In this document: piece after piece, positions 1 to 11,810 of the stretch
Layout of the letters: each line of letters begins with the position of its first letter
Position numbering within the stretch: the first letter of the stretch is position 1
Origin: an uncultured virus (IMG/VR IMGVR_UViG_3300010348_001764)
Lineage: Duplodnaviria > Heunggongvirae > Uroviricota > Caudoviricetes
IMG/VR virus record: IMGVR_UViG_3300010348_001764
Direction: 5' to 3' (one strand)
DNA: 64,000 bases
Translations under genes and position numbers: made by a program
The notes under the pieces: model-generated
Told to the model about the DNA's origin: nothing
Seen by the model: only the letters and a program-made list of their open reading frames with translations
The model's database searches: none

Positions 1-28
1 ACCCTCAACACTGCCTGAAGGAACCACC

Positions 29-376
29 ATGTACGTCGCTCTCATCGTCGCCTGCGGTCTCGTGATCGTGCTGGCGATCGCCACCATCGAGGCAGTCCGA
101 CGCATGGACCGCACCACCATGGAGCTGGCGCGCGTCAAGCACGCCCGTGACGAGTACGTGTGGCGCAACATGGGCCTGACCAACCAGGTCGAGCAGCTGA
201 AGGCTGAGCTCCAGAAGCTGAAGACCGGCACGTCGGCAGCCGCGCAGAAGCGCGAAAGCGTCGAGCAGCTGCTCGATGAAGGCGATCAGCGGTTCCTGGT
301 GGGCAGCGAGAAGCTGGTCGACAAGGACGGCTTTGCTGGCACCGTGCTCGAGTTCAAGCCCACGCAGGTGATGTGA
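29..376 (+). CDS. hypothetical protein, N-terminal TM helix and coiled coil
   Basis: ORF with RBS (aaggaa); hydrophobic N-terminus. Confidence 0.7.
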   Translation: MYVALIVACGLVIVLAIATIEAVRRMDRTTMELARVKHARDEYVWRNMGLTNQVEQLKAELQKLKTGTSAAAQKRESVEQLLDEGDQRFLVGSEKLVDKDGFAGTVLEFKPTQVM

Positions 377-681
377 TGACGCCGAAGGTCCTCGCTCGAC
401 CCGAGAAGGTCCTCAAGTACGCCAAGTGGTGCCCTACGCTGGTCACCCAGGACGGCCGCAAGTTCACGTGGGCCCACCTGGTGAAGGACTACGTAGCCCA
501 GCTGGAGGTCGGTGAGACCGTCATGCTGGCCCACCGGCTGAACGTGCCGACCGAGGACTGGTGCTTCGAGATCTACCCGGTCACCATCGCCGAGGACCAG
601 TGGATGAAGGAACGCGGCCGCCCCAACTACCCGCATACGTGGTTTGGGAACGGCCGCTCAATCGTTGTGGAGATCCGCTGA
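373..681 (+). CDS. hypothetical protein
   Basis: ORF coupled to neighbours. Confidence 0.65.
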   Translation: MMTPKVLARPEKVLKYAKWCPTLVTQDGRKFTWAHLVKDYVAQLEVGETVMLAHRLNVPTEDWCFEIYPVTIAEDQWMKERGRPNYPHTWFGNGRSIVVEIR

Positions 682-890
682 TGAAGCTCTACCTTTGCAC
701 GTTTCGCGTCGACGTTCACAAGTACATGGGTCGCACCATCAAGGGCGAGAAGGACTTCCGCCTGGTGTACGCGGAGGACGAGGACGAGGCGCAGCGCAAG
801 TTGGAAGCCAATCTCGGCACCGACCGCTGCGAGCCTGGCGACGACAGCCGGTGGCTGCACGACTTCGAGGCCCACGAAGCCATCCAGTAA
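681..890 (+). CDS. small hypothetical protein (MKLYLCTF...)
   Basis: TGATG overlap with upstream stop. Confidence 0.6.
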   Translation: MKLYLCTFRVDVHKYMGRTIKGEKDFRLVYAEDEDEAQRKLEANLGTDRCEPGDDSRWLHDFEAHEAIQ

Positions 891-938
891 CCTGCGCGCC
901 GAGGTGTAAATACCGCCCCAGCTGGAGTACAATGCACC

Positions 939-1877
939 ATGCGCGATGACTTTGCCAAGCAGCTCGTAGAACGCGAGCGCATCCACAGCCGCGATCACTA
1001 CCACAACTACCGCAACGTTCGCGGCCCGAAGGGCGCGTGGAACGACGAGGAGGTCGGTGGCCGTGAGAAGATGCGCGTGCGCTACAACCACGGCTACGAC
1101 CGCAAGTCGTTCAACGAGAACCTGAACCCGCTCAAGCGCTGGCTGCACAGCTGCCTCGGCAAGAAGTGGGACAAGTGCTACAGCGAGCTGCGCAAGACCT
1201 TTGACGCCCGTAGCGTGGTGAACAACCACATCCTCGAGCACCTGTTCGACTTCGTCGAGGTCAACACCAAGCTCGTCGATGGCGTCGTCATGGTCCTGGA
1301 GGGCTACAGCGGCTCGCAGGGCTACGTGCCTCTCAAGAAGCGCCAGTACAACATGCGCTGGCCGTCGTACTACGTCTGCCCGAAGGACGGCACCCTCAAG
1401 ACGATGCACAAGCCTTCTCGTCGCTCGGTCGAGAAGCAGCGTGAGGCCGACGAGCGCCGCAAGCGCGATGCCGTCTTCCGCGTTCTCGACGACAAGACCC
1501 ACCTGCGCCTGGTCGACGGTGTCTGGTACGCCTTCGGCATCGAGCCCCTGCCGGCCGCCGAGTACCGCTTCGAGCCGCCGGCCGGCAAGACGCTCTTCCG
1601 CGTGGCTGGCTTCGGTGACAACGCCCGTATGCGGACCTGGGACCAACTGAACGAGCAGGAGAAGCGGAACAACGGCAACATGGTCATCACCAAGGGCCTC
1701 GTTCACGACGTCTTCCTGGACGCCAAGATCTACCGTCCGGTCCTGATGACCAGCTACCGCGGTCGCATGTTCCCCTACGGTGGCCGTGCCGAGAGCCCTG
1801 CCGGCCGCGGCGTCTACTACGCCACCAAGAAGACCGCCTCCCACAAGCAGCTCAAGCAGGTCGGCCTGGCTGAGTGA
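939..1877 (+). CDS. hypothetical basic protein
   Basis: 312-aa ORF with strong GC3 bias, downstream of TACAAT. Confidence 0.75.
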   Translation: MRDDFAKQLVERERIHSRDHYHNYRNVRGPKGAWNDEEVGGREKMRVRYNHGYDRKSFNENLNPLKRWLHSCLGKKWDKCYSELRKTFDARSVVNNHILEHLFDFVEVNTKLVDGVVMVLEGYSGSQGYVPLKKRQYNMRWPSYYVCPKDGTLKTMHKPSRRSVEKQREADERRKRDAVFRVLDDKTHLRLVDGVWYAFGIEPLPAAEYRFEPPAGKTLFRVAGFGDNARMRTWDQLNEQEKRNNGNMVITKGLVHDVFLDAKIYRPVLMTSYRGRMFPYGGRAESPAGRGVYYATKKTASHKQLKQVGLAE

Positions 1878-2299
1878 TGAGCTCGACGATCAGCTTTCTC
1901 CTGCAGTCCAACCAGGACGAGCTGCAGAACGCCATGCAGGGGCTGGCGAACGAGTTCGACCTTGACATCGATGCCTCGGCCACTTCGATGTACGTCACCC
2001 AGGACTACCTGCTGACCCTGATGCCGCGCGACAAGCGAGGTCAGGACCACATCATGCCCCTGAAGTGGCGCGTTACGGAGTTCATGAAGCGCGTGCTGGC
2101 AGTCCTTGCCACCTCAGACAACCTGCAGGTTGGGCTCGCCGCCAACACCTCGCTGGCGTTCTACATCCAAAGCATTCCCAAGCCGCCTACCATCGAGCAG
2201 GTGATGGCCTCGGCCAAGTGGGAACCATACCTCCACACCACCACCGGTCCCCTGGTACGGGCAGTTATCGCCCTGCGGATCCGCGAGAAGATCGCCTGA
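1874..2299 (+). CDS. hypothetical protein
   Basis: coupled ORF. Confidence 0.6.
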   Translation: MMSSTISFLLQSNQDELQNAMQGLANEFDLDIDASATSMYVTQDYLLTLMPRDKRGQDHIMPLKWRVTEFMKRVLAVLATSDNLQVGLAANTSLAFYIQSIPKPPTIEQVMASAKWEPYLHTTTGPLVRAVIALRIREKIA

Positions 2300-2307
2300 G
2301 TTGCCCG

Positions 2308-2313
2308 TAAATA
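2308..2313 (+). promoter_or_regulatory. T4-like late promoter TAAATA (representative; also + 5305, 6369, 8386, 10247, 16936, 19206, 23858, 25639, 27045, 28099, 30862, 31974, 33478, 57841; - strand 8404, 10224, 18960, 50498, 54494, 57814, 61291)
   Basis: AT-rich hexamer recurring just upstream of starts in a GC-rich sequence; matches the core of the T4 gp55 promoter TATAAATA. Confidence 0.8.
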
Positions 2314-2337
2314 GGGTCAAACTGCCGGGTTGACCCA

Positions 2338-3252
2338 ATGCGTGTTCGCGAGCTGCTGATCGAAAACGAAGCCACCGATCCTTTCACCTACATGAAGGTG
2401 CTGCAGAAGGAGTTCGCGGCGCTTGCGAAGGAAGAAGGCTTCGTCATCTCTGCCGCAATGGGCTGGCCAGCGCACGGTAAGGATGGCACCTGGTTCGGCG
2501 GTGGTTTCAAGCCTGCCAGCCGCAAGAAGGACGACGATATCGTCAATGCCAAGGATCTGCCAGCTGAGGCGCGCCTCAAGTTTCTGATGCAGCAGGTGAA
2601 GGGCGTTGTGCACAAGATTGCCGCCCGGCTCGAGGAGCTGGCCAAGTCCGGCCACGTCATCAAATTTTCACCTGGTGCGCAGCGCGGCAAGGTAGTTGTA
2701 GACGGCACGCCCGGCAAGCTGGAGCAGGAGATGCTTGCCGCCGTGAAGCTGGTGAACCCGCCTGGTACGAGAGCGTGGATCACTGACGACGAGCTGAAGC
2801 TGCCCTGTGTGGCATGGTTCGTTAGCAAGCCAGCTCACATGTCAGACGTTACGTCGGTGCGCTTCACCATGACTGGCTACACCGGAAACTCGACAACCGG
2901 AAAGATGAAATCAGGGCACACCTACACCGTGGATGAGAAGTTCACCGTCGAGCTTGGTGGTGCGATGCCCACGGCAGAGGCGAAGGCATTCGAGAAGCGC
3001 TGGAAAAAGTGGCACTCCGCCAACAGCGGAAAGTGGGTCAGCTCCACTTCTTCCATGTCACCTGCAACTGCAGACTACGACAGGTTTGCAGAGCAGGTTT
3101 GGAAGCTTGCCAACAAGCACGGTGCCAAGCTGCCTAAGATGGACACGAAGTACAGCAGCCCGTACCTGTCACTGAAGCTAAACGTGCTCACGAAGGGCAC
3201 CATCCGTCTTCCCACAGAAGACCTGATCTCCTTGACCAAGGAGATCAAGTGA
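2338..3252 (+). CDS. hypothetical late protein, possible internal head protein
   Basis: late promoter; N-terminus MRVRELLIE. Confidence 0.7.
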   Translation: MRVRELLIENEATDPFTYMKVLQKEFAALAKEEGFVISAAMGWPAHGKDGTWFGGGFKPASRKKDDDIVNAKDLPAEARLKFLMQQVKGVVHKIAARLEELAKSGHVIKFSPGAQRGKVVVDGTPGKLEQEMLAAVKLVNPPGTRAWITDDELKLPCVAWFVSKPAHMSDVTSVRFTMTGYTGNSTTGKMKSGHTYTVDEKFTVELGGAMPTAEAKAFEKRWKKWHSANSGKWVSSTSSMSPATADYDRFAEQVWKLANKHGAKLPKMDTKYSSPYLSLKLNVLTKGTIRLPTEDLISLTKEIK

Positions 3253-3946
3253 TCAACATCGAGCTCGTCGACCGCGCGCAGGACGCTGCCGATGAGGACT
3301 ACGTCTTCATCAGGGAAACGGCGCTGAAGCTAGGGTTCAATCCCTTCCAGCGCTCTGACACCGAAATCCACTTCATGCATGAGAAGGGCTACGGCATTGC
3401 ACGCTATGAGTTCAGCTTCGTCGATCGCGGTGAAGAGGGACTGCTTGAGGACACAGACCGCATTCGCATGCTGGTCAAGAAGCTTGCCGAGCGCGTCGCC
3501 AAGCAGGTAGACGAGGGGCGGCCGTGTGCATTCAAGAACAGCCCACCGCTTGATTGGACTGTCAGCGGTGAGAGGCAAATTCAGAAGTGCATGCTGAACC
3601 AGGCCTTCGGTCCTATGTCAGTTGGCGTTCCTAACAAGGGCTTCAAGCTCTACTGGCTGCAGCGTACGAACAAAGCGCCCGCGCAGGCCGAGCTGGATGA
3701 AGGCAAGGTCAGCAAGAAGATCATCTACCCCGACGGCTCAGAGATCGATGACGGCTGGCGCCACGACCTCCGCGGTGAGTTCAAGAAGGTCTTCGAGCAG
3801 TTCGGCGTCTACAACCGCGCGCCTGCCCGCTTCTCCAAGTGGAGCATTCACGAGGCCGACTTCGGCGGTGAGTTTGAAATCCTGAACGCACCAGAGAACA
3901 TGTTCACGCAGAAGCAGCGCGCGGACCTCATGGTGAAGGCGATCGC
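3249..3946 (+). CDS. hypothetical protein, 3' end lost in gap
   Basis: open to N-run at 3947. Confidence 0.6.
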
Positions 3947-4758
3947 NNNNNNNNNNNNNNNNNNNNNNNNNNNNNNNNNNNNNNNNNNNNNNNNNNNNNN
4001 NNNNNNNNNNNNNNNNNNNNNNNNNNNNNNNNNNNNNNNNNNNNNNNNNNNNNNNNNNNNNNNNNNNNNNNNNNNNNNNNNNNNNNNNNNNNNNNNNNNN
4101 NNNNNNNNNNNNNNNNNNNNNNNNNNNNNNNNNNNNNNNNNNNNNNNNNNNNNNNNNNNNNNNNNNNNNNNNNNNNNNNNNNNNNNNNNNNNNNNNNNNN
4201 NNNNNNNNNNNNNNNNNNNNNNNNNNNNNNNNNNNNNNNNNNNNNNNNNNNNNNNNNNNNNNNNNNNNNNNNNNNNNNNNNNNNNNNNNNNNNNNNNNNN
4301 NNNNNNNNNNNNNNNNNNNNNNNNNNNNNNNNNNNNNNNNNNNNNNNNNNNNNNNNNNNNNNNNNNNNNNNNNNNNNNNNNNNNNNNNNNNNNNNNNNNN
4401 NNNNNNNNNNNNNNNNNNNNNNNNNNNNNNNNNNNNNNNNNNNNNNNNNNNNNNNNNNNNNNNNNNNNNNNNNNNNNNNNNNNNNNNNNNNNNNNNNNNN
4501 NNNNNNNNNNNNNNNNNNNNNNNNNNNNNNNNNNNNNNNNNNNNNNNNNNNNNNNNNNNNNNNNNNNNNNNNNNNNNNNNNNNNNNNNNNNNNNNNNNNN
4601 NNNNNNNNNNNNNNNNNNNNNNNNNNNNNNNNNNNNNNNNNNNNNNNNNNNNNNNNNNNNNNNNNNNNNNNNNNNNNNNNNNNNNNNNNNNNNNNNGACT
4701 TCACGCCTGAGACCCCGCAGCCCGAGCGCAAGCTCATTCGCGTTGTGAAGAAGTCAGC

Positions 4759-5307
4759 ATGATGCTGCATGAAGTTAAGGGCTACGAGCCGCTGCTGCCG
4801 CCGATCGGCAAGGGCATGGACAACGTCACGAAGCAGCTGCTGACGCGGTACAGGGAGCTTGCTGCCAAGCACGGCTTCACCATCGATGGCGCCACAGGCA
4901 AGGCAACTGGCCAGCTGCCTGTCACCCGCAAGGACTTCATCCTCATGGGTGGTACCTTCATCCCAAAGGGCGGCATCCGCGGCGAGGAGAAGCAGAAGGT
5001 GCCGTTTGAGCAGCGCATGGCGGCCTTCGTGCATGACCTCTGGAACCAGGAGCTGAAGCGCCTGCTGGCTCGGTCCATCAACAACGACCTTGAGACGGAC
5101 TACGAGGTCGTCATCCAGAAGCTGAAGACGAACAACATCCAGGATGTCTGCACCCTGCGTGACGGCCGCCGGAACCGGTGGATTGAGATTGAGAAGACAA
5201 CGCCTGAGCAGGTCATCAGCAACCTCACGTTCAGCCGCGAGCGGCGTGACCTTCCCTACTGCGTCCTGACCTGGGGCATCATCCGCTCAGGTTCCACGGA
5301 AGAATAA
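4759..5307 (+). CDS. hypothetical protein
   Basis: 182-aa ORF. Confidence 0.6.
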   Translation: MMLHEVKGYEPLLPPIGKGMDNVTKQLLTRYRELAAKHGFTIDGATGKATGQLPVTRKDFILMGGTFIPKGGIRGEEKQKVPFEQRMAAFVHDLWNQELKRLLARSINNDLETDYEVVIQKLKTNNIQDVCTLRDGRRNRWIEIEKTTPEQVISNLTFSRERRDLPYCVLTWGIIRSGSTEE

Positions 5308-5387
5308 ATACAGCTACCAACGCAACTGACTTTAACCCTTCGAGCCCCTAGTCAGTGGGCTGTTCAAGATGTTGGAAAGGAAGCTGA

Positions 5388-6365
5388 GTGATGTACTCGG
5401 AAAAGCTTGCTATCGCCGTCAAGCACAATGGTCGCGTTCTACGCGAGCACGGCGACACTGTCCACCTCCCCTTCGGCAGTGAATACTCCCTCCACTTCAA
5501 GAACCTGAACTCCGTACGGGCACTGGTGCGCGTATCGGTTGATGGTCAGGACGCCACTGAGGGCACCAGCCTCATCGTGCCAGCGAACGGCACCGTCGAG
5601 CTGGAGCGCTTCATCAAGGGCGGAAACCTGTCCAGCGGCCACAAGTTCAAGTTCATCGAGCGCACCTCGAAGATCGAGAACGGTCCGCGCGGCATCAAGT
5701 CAGAAGACGGCCTGATCCGCGTCGAGTTCGAGTTTGAGCGCCAGCCCGCCAAGATCGAGTACGAGACGATCAAGAAGACGTACGTCGAGGAGTACTGGAA
5801 GACGCGCCCCTGGCCGGTCTGGTACTACCCGAGCTACACCGTCACGAGCACGCCATTTCCACCTGGTGAAATCCTCTGCTCGGCTGTCAACGGCGTGAAC
5901 GGCATCTCCGCCTCCGACTTCAAGATCGGCTCGGTGACCGCCAACATCAGCCAGACGTGCGACAGCTTCGGCGTCGCGCAGAACGCCTCAGCAAGTGCCA
6001 GCCTTTCTTCAAACACCGCAACCTACTCGTCTCCCACGAGAAGCACCAAGCTGGGCAGCCTCGACGCCAGCAACATGCGCGTCAAGAAGACGTTCGTTCC
6101 ACCGCAGGTGGAGCTGCCGCAGCTGAACGACGTCGGCATCACGGTGGCTGGAAGCGAGAGCGACCAGAAGTTCCAACAGGGCGCCTGGTTCCCGACCGAT
6201 GGTCAGAAGCACGTCATGGTGCTGAAGCTGCTCGGCGTGATTGGTGAGAAGGCTGTGCAGCAGCCGGTCACAGTCAAGACCAAGCAGGAGTGCCCCACCT
6301 GCGGTACCAAGAACAAGCACGGCACGAAGTTCTGCCGTGAGTGCGGTACGAACCTAGCGGCGTGA
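5388..6365 (+). CDS. phage protein with C-terminal zinc ribbon
   Basis: CPTC...CREC at C-terminus. Confidence 0.7.
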   Translation: MMYSEKLAIAVKHNGRVLREHGDTVHLPFGSEYSLHFKNLNSVRALVRVSVDGQDATEGTSLIVPANGTVELERFIKGGNLSSGHKFKFIERTSKIENGPRGIKSEDGLIRVEFEFERQPAKIEYETIKKTYVEEYWKTRPWPVWYYPSYTVTSTPFPPGEILCSAVNGVNGISASDFKIGSVTANISQTCDSFGVAQNASASASLSSNTATYSSPTRSTKLGSLDASNMRVKKTFVPPQVELPQLNDVGITVAGSESDQKFQQGAWFPTDGQKHVMVLKLLGVIGEKAVQQPVTVKTKQECPTCGTKNKHGTKFCRECGTNLAA

Positions 6366-6398
6366 GCGTAAATAGGTCTCCACATACGGAGACCTATC

Positions 6399-6881
6399 AT
6401 GCTAGACCTACTCAAGAAGATCGGTGTACCAGCAACGGTGGCAGCAGTCATCGCCACGCTGGTCACCGTGGTGCCATTTCTCTTCAAGATCGATGAGCGC
6501 TACGCCAAGGAGGAGGACCTCAAGGCGCAGGTAGCGAAGCTTGAGGCCGCGAACAACGACCTTCGCAAGGAGCTCGCGCAGCTCGTTGGTTTCCAGCAGG
6601 CAATGGTCTCTCTCATCCAGCAGGGAAAGACGGCCAAGCCGGTGTCCTACGAGCTTGATGAGGTCGGTGGCTTCATGCGCGTTCAGCTGAAGATCGAAGA
6701 GAAGCCCAAGGACGTGAAGGAGCCAGCACCGGCTGCCTCGGCCGCCAGCGCCCCAGCCCCAGCCCCTGCTGTCACGCAGCTTCGCCGCAACAGTGAGCTG
6801 GAGAAGCTGGAAAAGCCACGCAGCTGGAAGGAGCTGTCCGATGGGCTTGCCCGTCAGCAGATGCGGCTCATCAAGGACTGA
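6399..6881 (+). CDS. membrane-anchored coiled-coil protein
   Basis: TM helix then heptad repeats; late promoter. Confidence 0.7.
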   Translation: MLDLLKKIGVPATVAAVIATLVTVVPFLFKIDERYAKEEDLKAQVAKLEAANNDLRKELAQLVGFQQAMVSLIQQGKTAKPVSYELDEVGGFMRVQLKIEEKPKDVKEPAPAASAASAPAPAPAVTQLRRNSELEKLEKPRSWKELSDGLARQQMRLIKD

Positions 6882-6884
6882 CGC

Positions 6885-7505
6885 GTGCAGCTTCGAGAGG
6901 TTCACGATCCGTACTACCTGACGTTCACCGATCCATCAGTCGATGCTGTCAGGAACCTTCTACGGTTGAACCCCACCTACTGGGAGCAGTTCACCAAGTT
7001 CAAGCACCACGCCCTGCCTGAGGATGTTGGTCAGGCGCTGATTGAACAGGTGCCGTGCTGGCGACAGCTGAAGCTCTGGAACCAGCGCGTCTCCATCTTC
7101 GTTACGCCACCGCGCACGTACTACCGAGCCCACCGTGATGGCTACGACCTGATGGCCGGGCTCAACTACCCGCTGCACATTGCCGACGATCGCTCCATCA
7201 CCCGCTTCTGGAACGATGAGCAGGTACTCGGCATGTACAAGGTGGATGCGGTAACGAAGAGGTCACGTGAGCTCGTAAACTTCAACCCGTACCGCCAGCA
7301 GCCGGTCTGCCAGTTCACGATGAAGCCTGACGAGGCGGTGGTGCTCAACGTCGGCAACTTCCATGACTTTCACAACCGCTCTGACCAGCACCGCGTCATT
7401 CTGACGTTTCGAACGCTGGACAAGGACATGACCTACGAGCGGTTCAGCTCCATCGTCAAGGAAGCCTGCAGCTCACCAGCGTCGCACGTCCAAACGTCGG
7501 TGTAA
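6885..7505 (+). CDS. putative Fe(II)/2OG-type (DSBH) oxygenase
   Basis: HRD...FHDF...R triad pattern. Confidence 0.55.
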   Translation: MQLREVHDPYYLTFTDPSVDAVRNLLRLNPTYWEQFTKFKHHALPEDVGQALIEQVPCWRQLKLWNQRVSIFVTPPRTYYRAHRDGYDLMAGLNYPLHIADDRSITRFWNDEQVLGMYKVDAVTKRSRELVNFNPYRQQPVCQFTMKPDEAVVLNVGNFHDFHNRSDQHRVILTFRTLDKDMTYERFSSIVKEACSSPASHVQTSV

Positions 7506-8374
7506 GGAACAGCGTACTGCGCTGTCAGCTTCCTGTCAAGGGGCTTGAAGAGGTGCCGAACCTTCTCACCACCATCAAACTTCTTCCTCCGCACCAGGTC
7601 TGGCCAGTGATCGCGGTAGATGGCGTACTTCACCTCGCGCGAGTGGGGCAGCAGTAGGTTCGCCGCCTTGTTCTTTCCTGCAAGCAGCTCCTGATACCGC
7701 GGCTCCTGCAGCGCCGCGAGCATCATCTCAGCGGTGTGCTGGAAGAAGCCCATCACTCCACGAACACCGAACTTGCGCTCGAAGCGGTACCACGCCAGGT
7801 CGTACTCGTACTCAACGTAGCGCCATGACCGATCTGGCTGCTTGAGAAGCAGCACCTCACCGTTGCCCAACACCGGCAGCCCACCCCGCTGGTACAGGTG
7901 CTTCATGAGCTCCATGTGCGGCACCATCTCGAAGAACGAGCACTGCGTCTCGGTGAAGAGCGAGTGCGCGAGCCGCGACTGGCACCACTCCTCGATGTCC
8001 ATGTCGTACCACTCGTGGCGCTCAAGCAGCCCGTGGCGCTCCAGGAAGAAGCGCGCGTAGTCAACCTCATGCGAGTTCAGCCCATTGGCGAAGCGAAAGG
8101 TGGCGGTTCGAAACGGCCGACCGCTTTCCAGAAAGGCCTTGGCGACAACCTCGCTGTCCAGGCCGCCGCTCAGCAGCACCACCGGTTCGTAGCCGTACAT
8201 CGCTGCCTGCCAGTGAATGACCTCGGCGGTGCGAGCGCACTCCTCACGAAACGAGCCGACTGGTCGCTGCACCTTTCCGTAGCTGCACCACATGGTGTTG
8301 GGTGCCACCTTGTCCTGTGGGTTGAACCTGCCATCTCCGTAGCCGTAGACCAGGTTGTGATTGAAGAAGTCCAC
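7433..8374 (-). CDS. PP-loop ATPase, asparagine-synthase C-terminal-like
   Basis: LLSGGLDSE motif; GTG start chosen downstream of the minus-strand TAAATA. Confidence 0.6.
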   Translation of the reverse strand: MDFFNHNLVYGYGDGRFNPQDKVAPNTMWCSYGKVQRPVGSFREECARTAEVIHWQAAMYGYEPVVLLSGGLDSEVVAKAFLESGRPFRTATFRFANGLNSHEVDYARFFLERHGLLERHEWYDMDIEEWCQSRLAHSLFTETQCSFFEMVPHMELMKHLYQRGGLPVLGNGEVLLLKQPDRSWRYVEYEYDLAWYRFERKFGVRGVMGFFQHTAEMMLAALQEPRYQELLAGKNKAANLLLPHSREVKYAIYRDHWPDLVRRKKFDGGEKVRHLFKPLDRKLTAQYAVPYTDVWTCDAGELQASLTMELNRS

Positions 8375-8421
8375 CGGTGCAGTCCTAAATACGAGCGTGC
8401 TGGTATTTACCGGAGCCCCAC

Positions 8422-8991
8422 GTGACACCGCTGGCAGTTGACCTGACGCTTCCCTTTGACACCGATCACCTGCGCTCGATCGCAGTTCGTGACTGCGACT
8501 TGACGGTGAGGCACCAGTTTCGGGTGCCAAGGGAGAAGATGGACCTCCAGATCATGGACCTTCTGGCAAGTCACGGCATCACCATCTCCCACGCTGAGGC
8601 CTTCGTCACGCCACCGCGGCAGCTGCTCCCAATCCATGTAGATGGACCCGAGCTCAACAACATCGCGAAGCTGAACTGGCAGTGGGGAGCGCAGGGCTCA
8701 TGGATGATGTGGTGGAAGCTGAAGAACGGTGTGCAGCCCACTCAGCGCATGACCGCAATTGGAACGCGCTACCTCACGATAGAGGCTAGGGACTGCATCC
8801 CAATCTACCGCCATCAGATCAAGCAGCCGACCCTCGTCAATGTCGGCACGCCCCACTCAATCATGAACATGACGAGCGAGCATCGCTGGGTGCTCAGCCT
8901 CGTGCTGTGGGACATTCAGGGCGACCGTGCCCTGTTCTTTGATGAAGCGCTCGAGCGCCTCAGTCAGCTGAGGTCGGTGCAGGAGCCGTAA
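8422..8991 (+). CDS. putative Fe(II)/2OG-type oxygenase
   Basis: IHVDG...PHSI...R. Confidence 0.55.
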   Translation: MTPLAVDLTLPFDTDHLRSIAVRDCDLTVRHQFRVPREKMDLQIMDLLASHGITISHAEAFVTPPRQLLPIHVDGPELNNIAKLNWQWGAQGSWMMWWKLKNGVQPTQRMTAIGTRYLTIEARDCIPIYRHQIKQPTLVNVGTPHSIMNMTSEHRWVLSLVLWDIQGDRALFFDEALERLSQLRSVQEP

Positions 8992-9433
8992 GCACGACCA
9001 GGCGAGCAGCATCTGGGCGATCGCTCATGCCTTCGATCGCCAGGTCCACCTCAGGGTAGGTGGTGATGTTCACCTGAAGGGCTTCAGCCAACCAGTTGCG
9101 CGCCTCGATGAACGTTTGGAAGACGGTATCGTCAGCGCGCAGGTGCAGCATGGCAGCCTGTAGGTCAGCTGAAGATGCAAACACCATCACGGTGAAGTGG
9201 TTGATGGCGTCATGGTCGGTGTACAGCTCCACCAGCGTGCCTGGAGCGGTCAGCATCTTCACCTGCAGCTGGCGCCAGGCAGACACGTAGCGCTCAAGAG
9301 CGGTCATGTCGGTCAAACCGGCTGGTACTGGAGCGCGTCCATCGCGAATGTCAATGAAGCCAGCGGCTGTGAACCAACCGGGGCTGGATGGGTTGCGCTT
9401 GGTGTACTTGGTGATGCGGGCCTTGAGCGTCAT
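8960..9433 (-). CDS. hypothetical protein
   Basis: start MTLKARI after upstream stop at 9444. Confidence 0.55.
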   Translation of the reverse strand: MTLKARITKYTKRNPSSPGWFTAAGFIDIRDGRAPVPAGLTDMTALERYVSAWRQLQVKMLTAPGTLVELYTDHDAINHFTVMVFASSADLQAAMLHLRADDTVFQTFIEARNWLAEALQVNITTYPEVDLAIEGMSDRPDAARLVVLTAPAPTSAD

Positions 9434-9443
9434 GGTGGCGTCC

Positions 9444-10202
9444 TTAGATGTGGCTGAAGTCAGACCGAGGGTGGCTGCTGACAAGAGCGTGCTGGCCATA
9501 TTTAGCGAGCGACCGCTCCATGAGGTCCTCATACCGGTCCAGGTCGAGCCGACCGGCATGGGTGATCAGCAGTGCCTTCTCATAGGCTGGATCGTGGGTT
9601 GAGGCGTGGGTAACCCTAAGGTTGTTCCATGCAAAGGCACGGGTTCCCTCAACGCGCGGCAGATAGACGCCGCCTGCGTACTTGTTGTTCTCTACCGGGC
9701 TCTCGCGAATGATCAGCGTTCCGGCCGGGTTGGTATCAAACAGCATCAAGCGAAAGGCGCACGGCAGGTCGTACCATGGGCCCTCATCACGGTGGTGGCT
9801 CACCGGCATGTTGCTTGACCAGATGGACCAGTTTGCCACACCCTCATACGGCAAAGCCGCGAGATACTCACCGATGGCCGGAAACTCCGTCAAAACGTCT
9901 TCGCGCACGTTCACCTGCCAAATGGCATTGTTCATCGGTGCTCGGTCGATGCTTCGAAAGGTCTTGACTTCGTTGTAGCCACCGGCGACATCAGCGCGCA
10001 CCTTGTTGATGTGCTGCGAGTTCTCGGCAAACCACTGCCGAAACGCATCATCAACCTTCGGATCAGGCAGGTCGAGCGGCAGGTAGAGGTAGCGGCCGTA
10101 CCGCTCCTCCAGCTCCACGAAGCGAGCAATTGTGCCCGGTTTCACCAATCCGTTGGCAAGGGCGTGTCGCCGACGCTCGGCTAGAAGGTTGATGCTGGTC
10201 AT
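9444..10202 (-). CDS. putative DSBH oxygenase-like protein
   Basis: HHRD...THAS; late promoter. Confidence 0.5.
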   Translation of the reverse strand: MTSINLLAERRRHALANGLVKPGTIARFVELEERYGRYLYLPLDLPDPKVDDAFRQWFAENSQHINKVRADVAGGYNEVKTFRSIDRAPMNNAIWQVNVREDVLTEFPAIGEYLAALPYEGVANWSIWSSNMPVSHHRDEGPWYDLPCAFRLMLFDTNPAGTLIIRESPVENNKYAGGVYLPRVEGTRAFAWNNLRVTHASTHDPAYEKALLITHAGRLDLDRYEDLMERSLAKYGQHALVSSHPRSDFSHI

Positions 10203-10269
10203 AGTGAGGTTGGTCTGCTGTGGTATTTAGGCACCGGTGGAGGCCATAAATACGACAGGAGAGCCCACC

Positions 10270-11093
<824 letters not shown>

Positions 11094-11097
<4 letters not shown>

Positions 11098-11810
11098 CGC
11101 TTCTCCTTCTCGGACTGCTGCTGACGCATCTCACGATCGCCAGCGTGTCCATCTACCTTCACCGCTCCCTTGCCCATAGGGCGCTGACGCTTCACCCTGC
11201 GCTGGTGCACCTCATTCGGCTCTACCTCTGGCTTGGCACCGGCATCAACACTACCACCTGGGTAGGTGTTCACCGCAAGCACCACCGTTACGTGGATGCT
11301 GCTGGTGACCCGCATTCACCGCACCTGTACGGCCTGTGGAACGTGCTAGTTGGTGGAACGTTCCTGTACCTCCATGAAGGCAGCAACCCGATTGCCATGC
11401 AGGCCTACGCCCGCGGCTGCCCAACGGATTGGCTTGAGCGAAACGTCTACCGTCAGTCCAAGCTTGGGCCATTCATCGGCATGGTGCTGCTAACCGCTCT
11501 GCTTGGCTTGGGTGGCTGGATCATCTGGCTGGTGAACTACCTCTGGATCCCGTTCTGGGGTGCGGGTGTCGTCAACGGCGTCGGTCACTGGTTGGGTTAC
11601 CGCAACACCGACACCAAGGACTACAGCACAAACATCTTCCCCATCGGCCTCATCATGGCCGGTGAGGAGCTGCACAACAACCACCATGCCAACCCCGCAT
11701 CTGCAAAGTTGTCCGTGAAGTGGTACGAGTTCGATGCTGGTTGGCTTTGGATCCGTCTTCTTTCCTTCGTAGGACTTGCCCGTGTACACGCTGCGCCGAG
11801 CCGAGACTGA
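11094..11810 (+). CDS. membrane fatty-acid desaturase
   Basis: HRSLAH, HRKHH, GEELHNNHH. Confidence 0.92.

Noticed and set aside
3928..5034. ORFs spanning N-runs (3249-4748, 3928-5034, 36095-38476 at full length)
   Set aside because: Lengths are artefacts of unknown bases.
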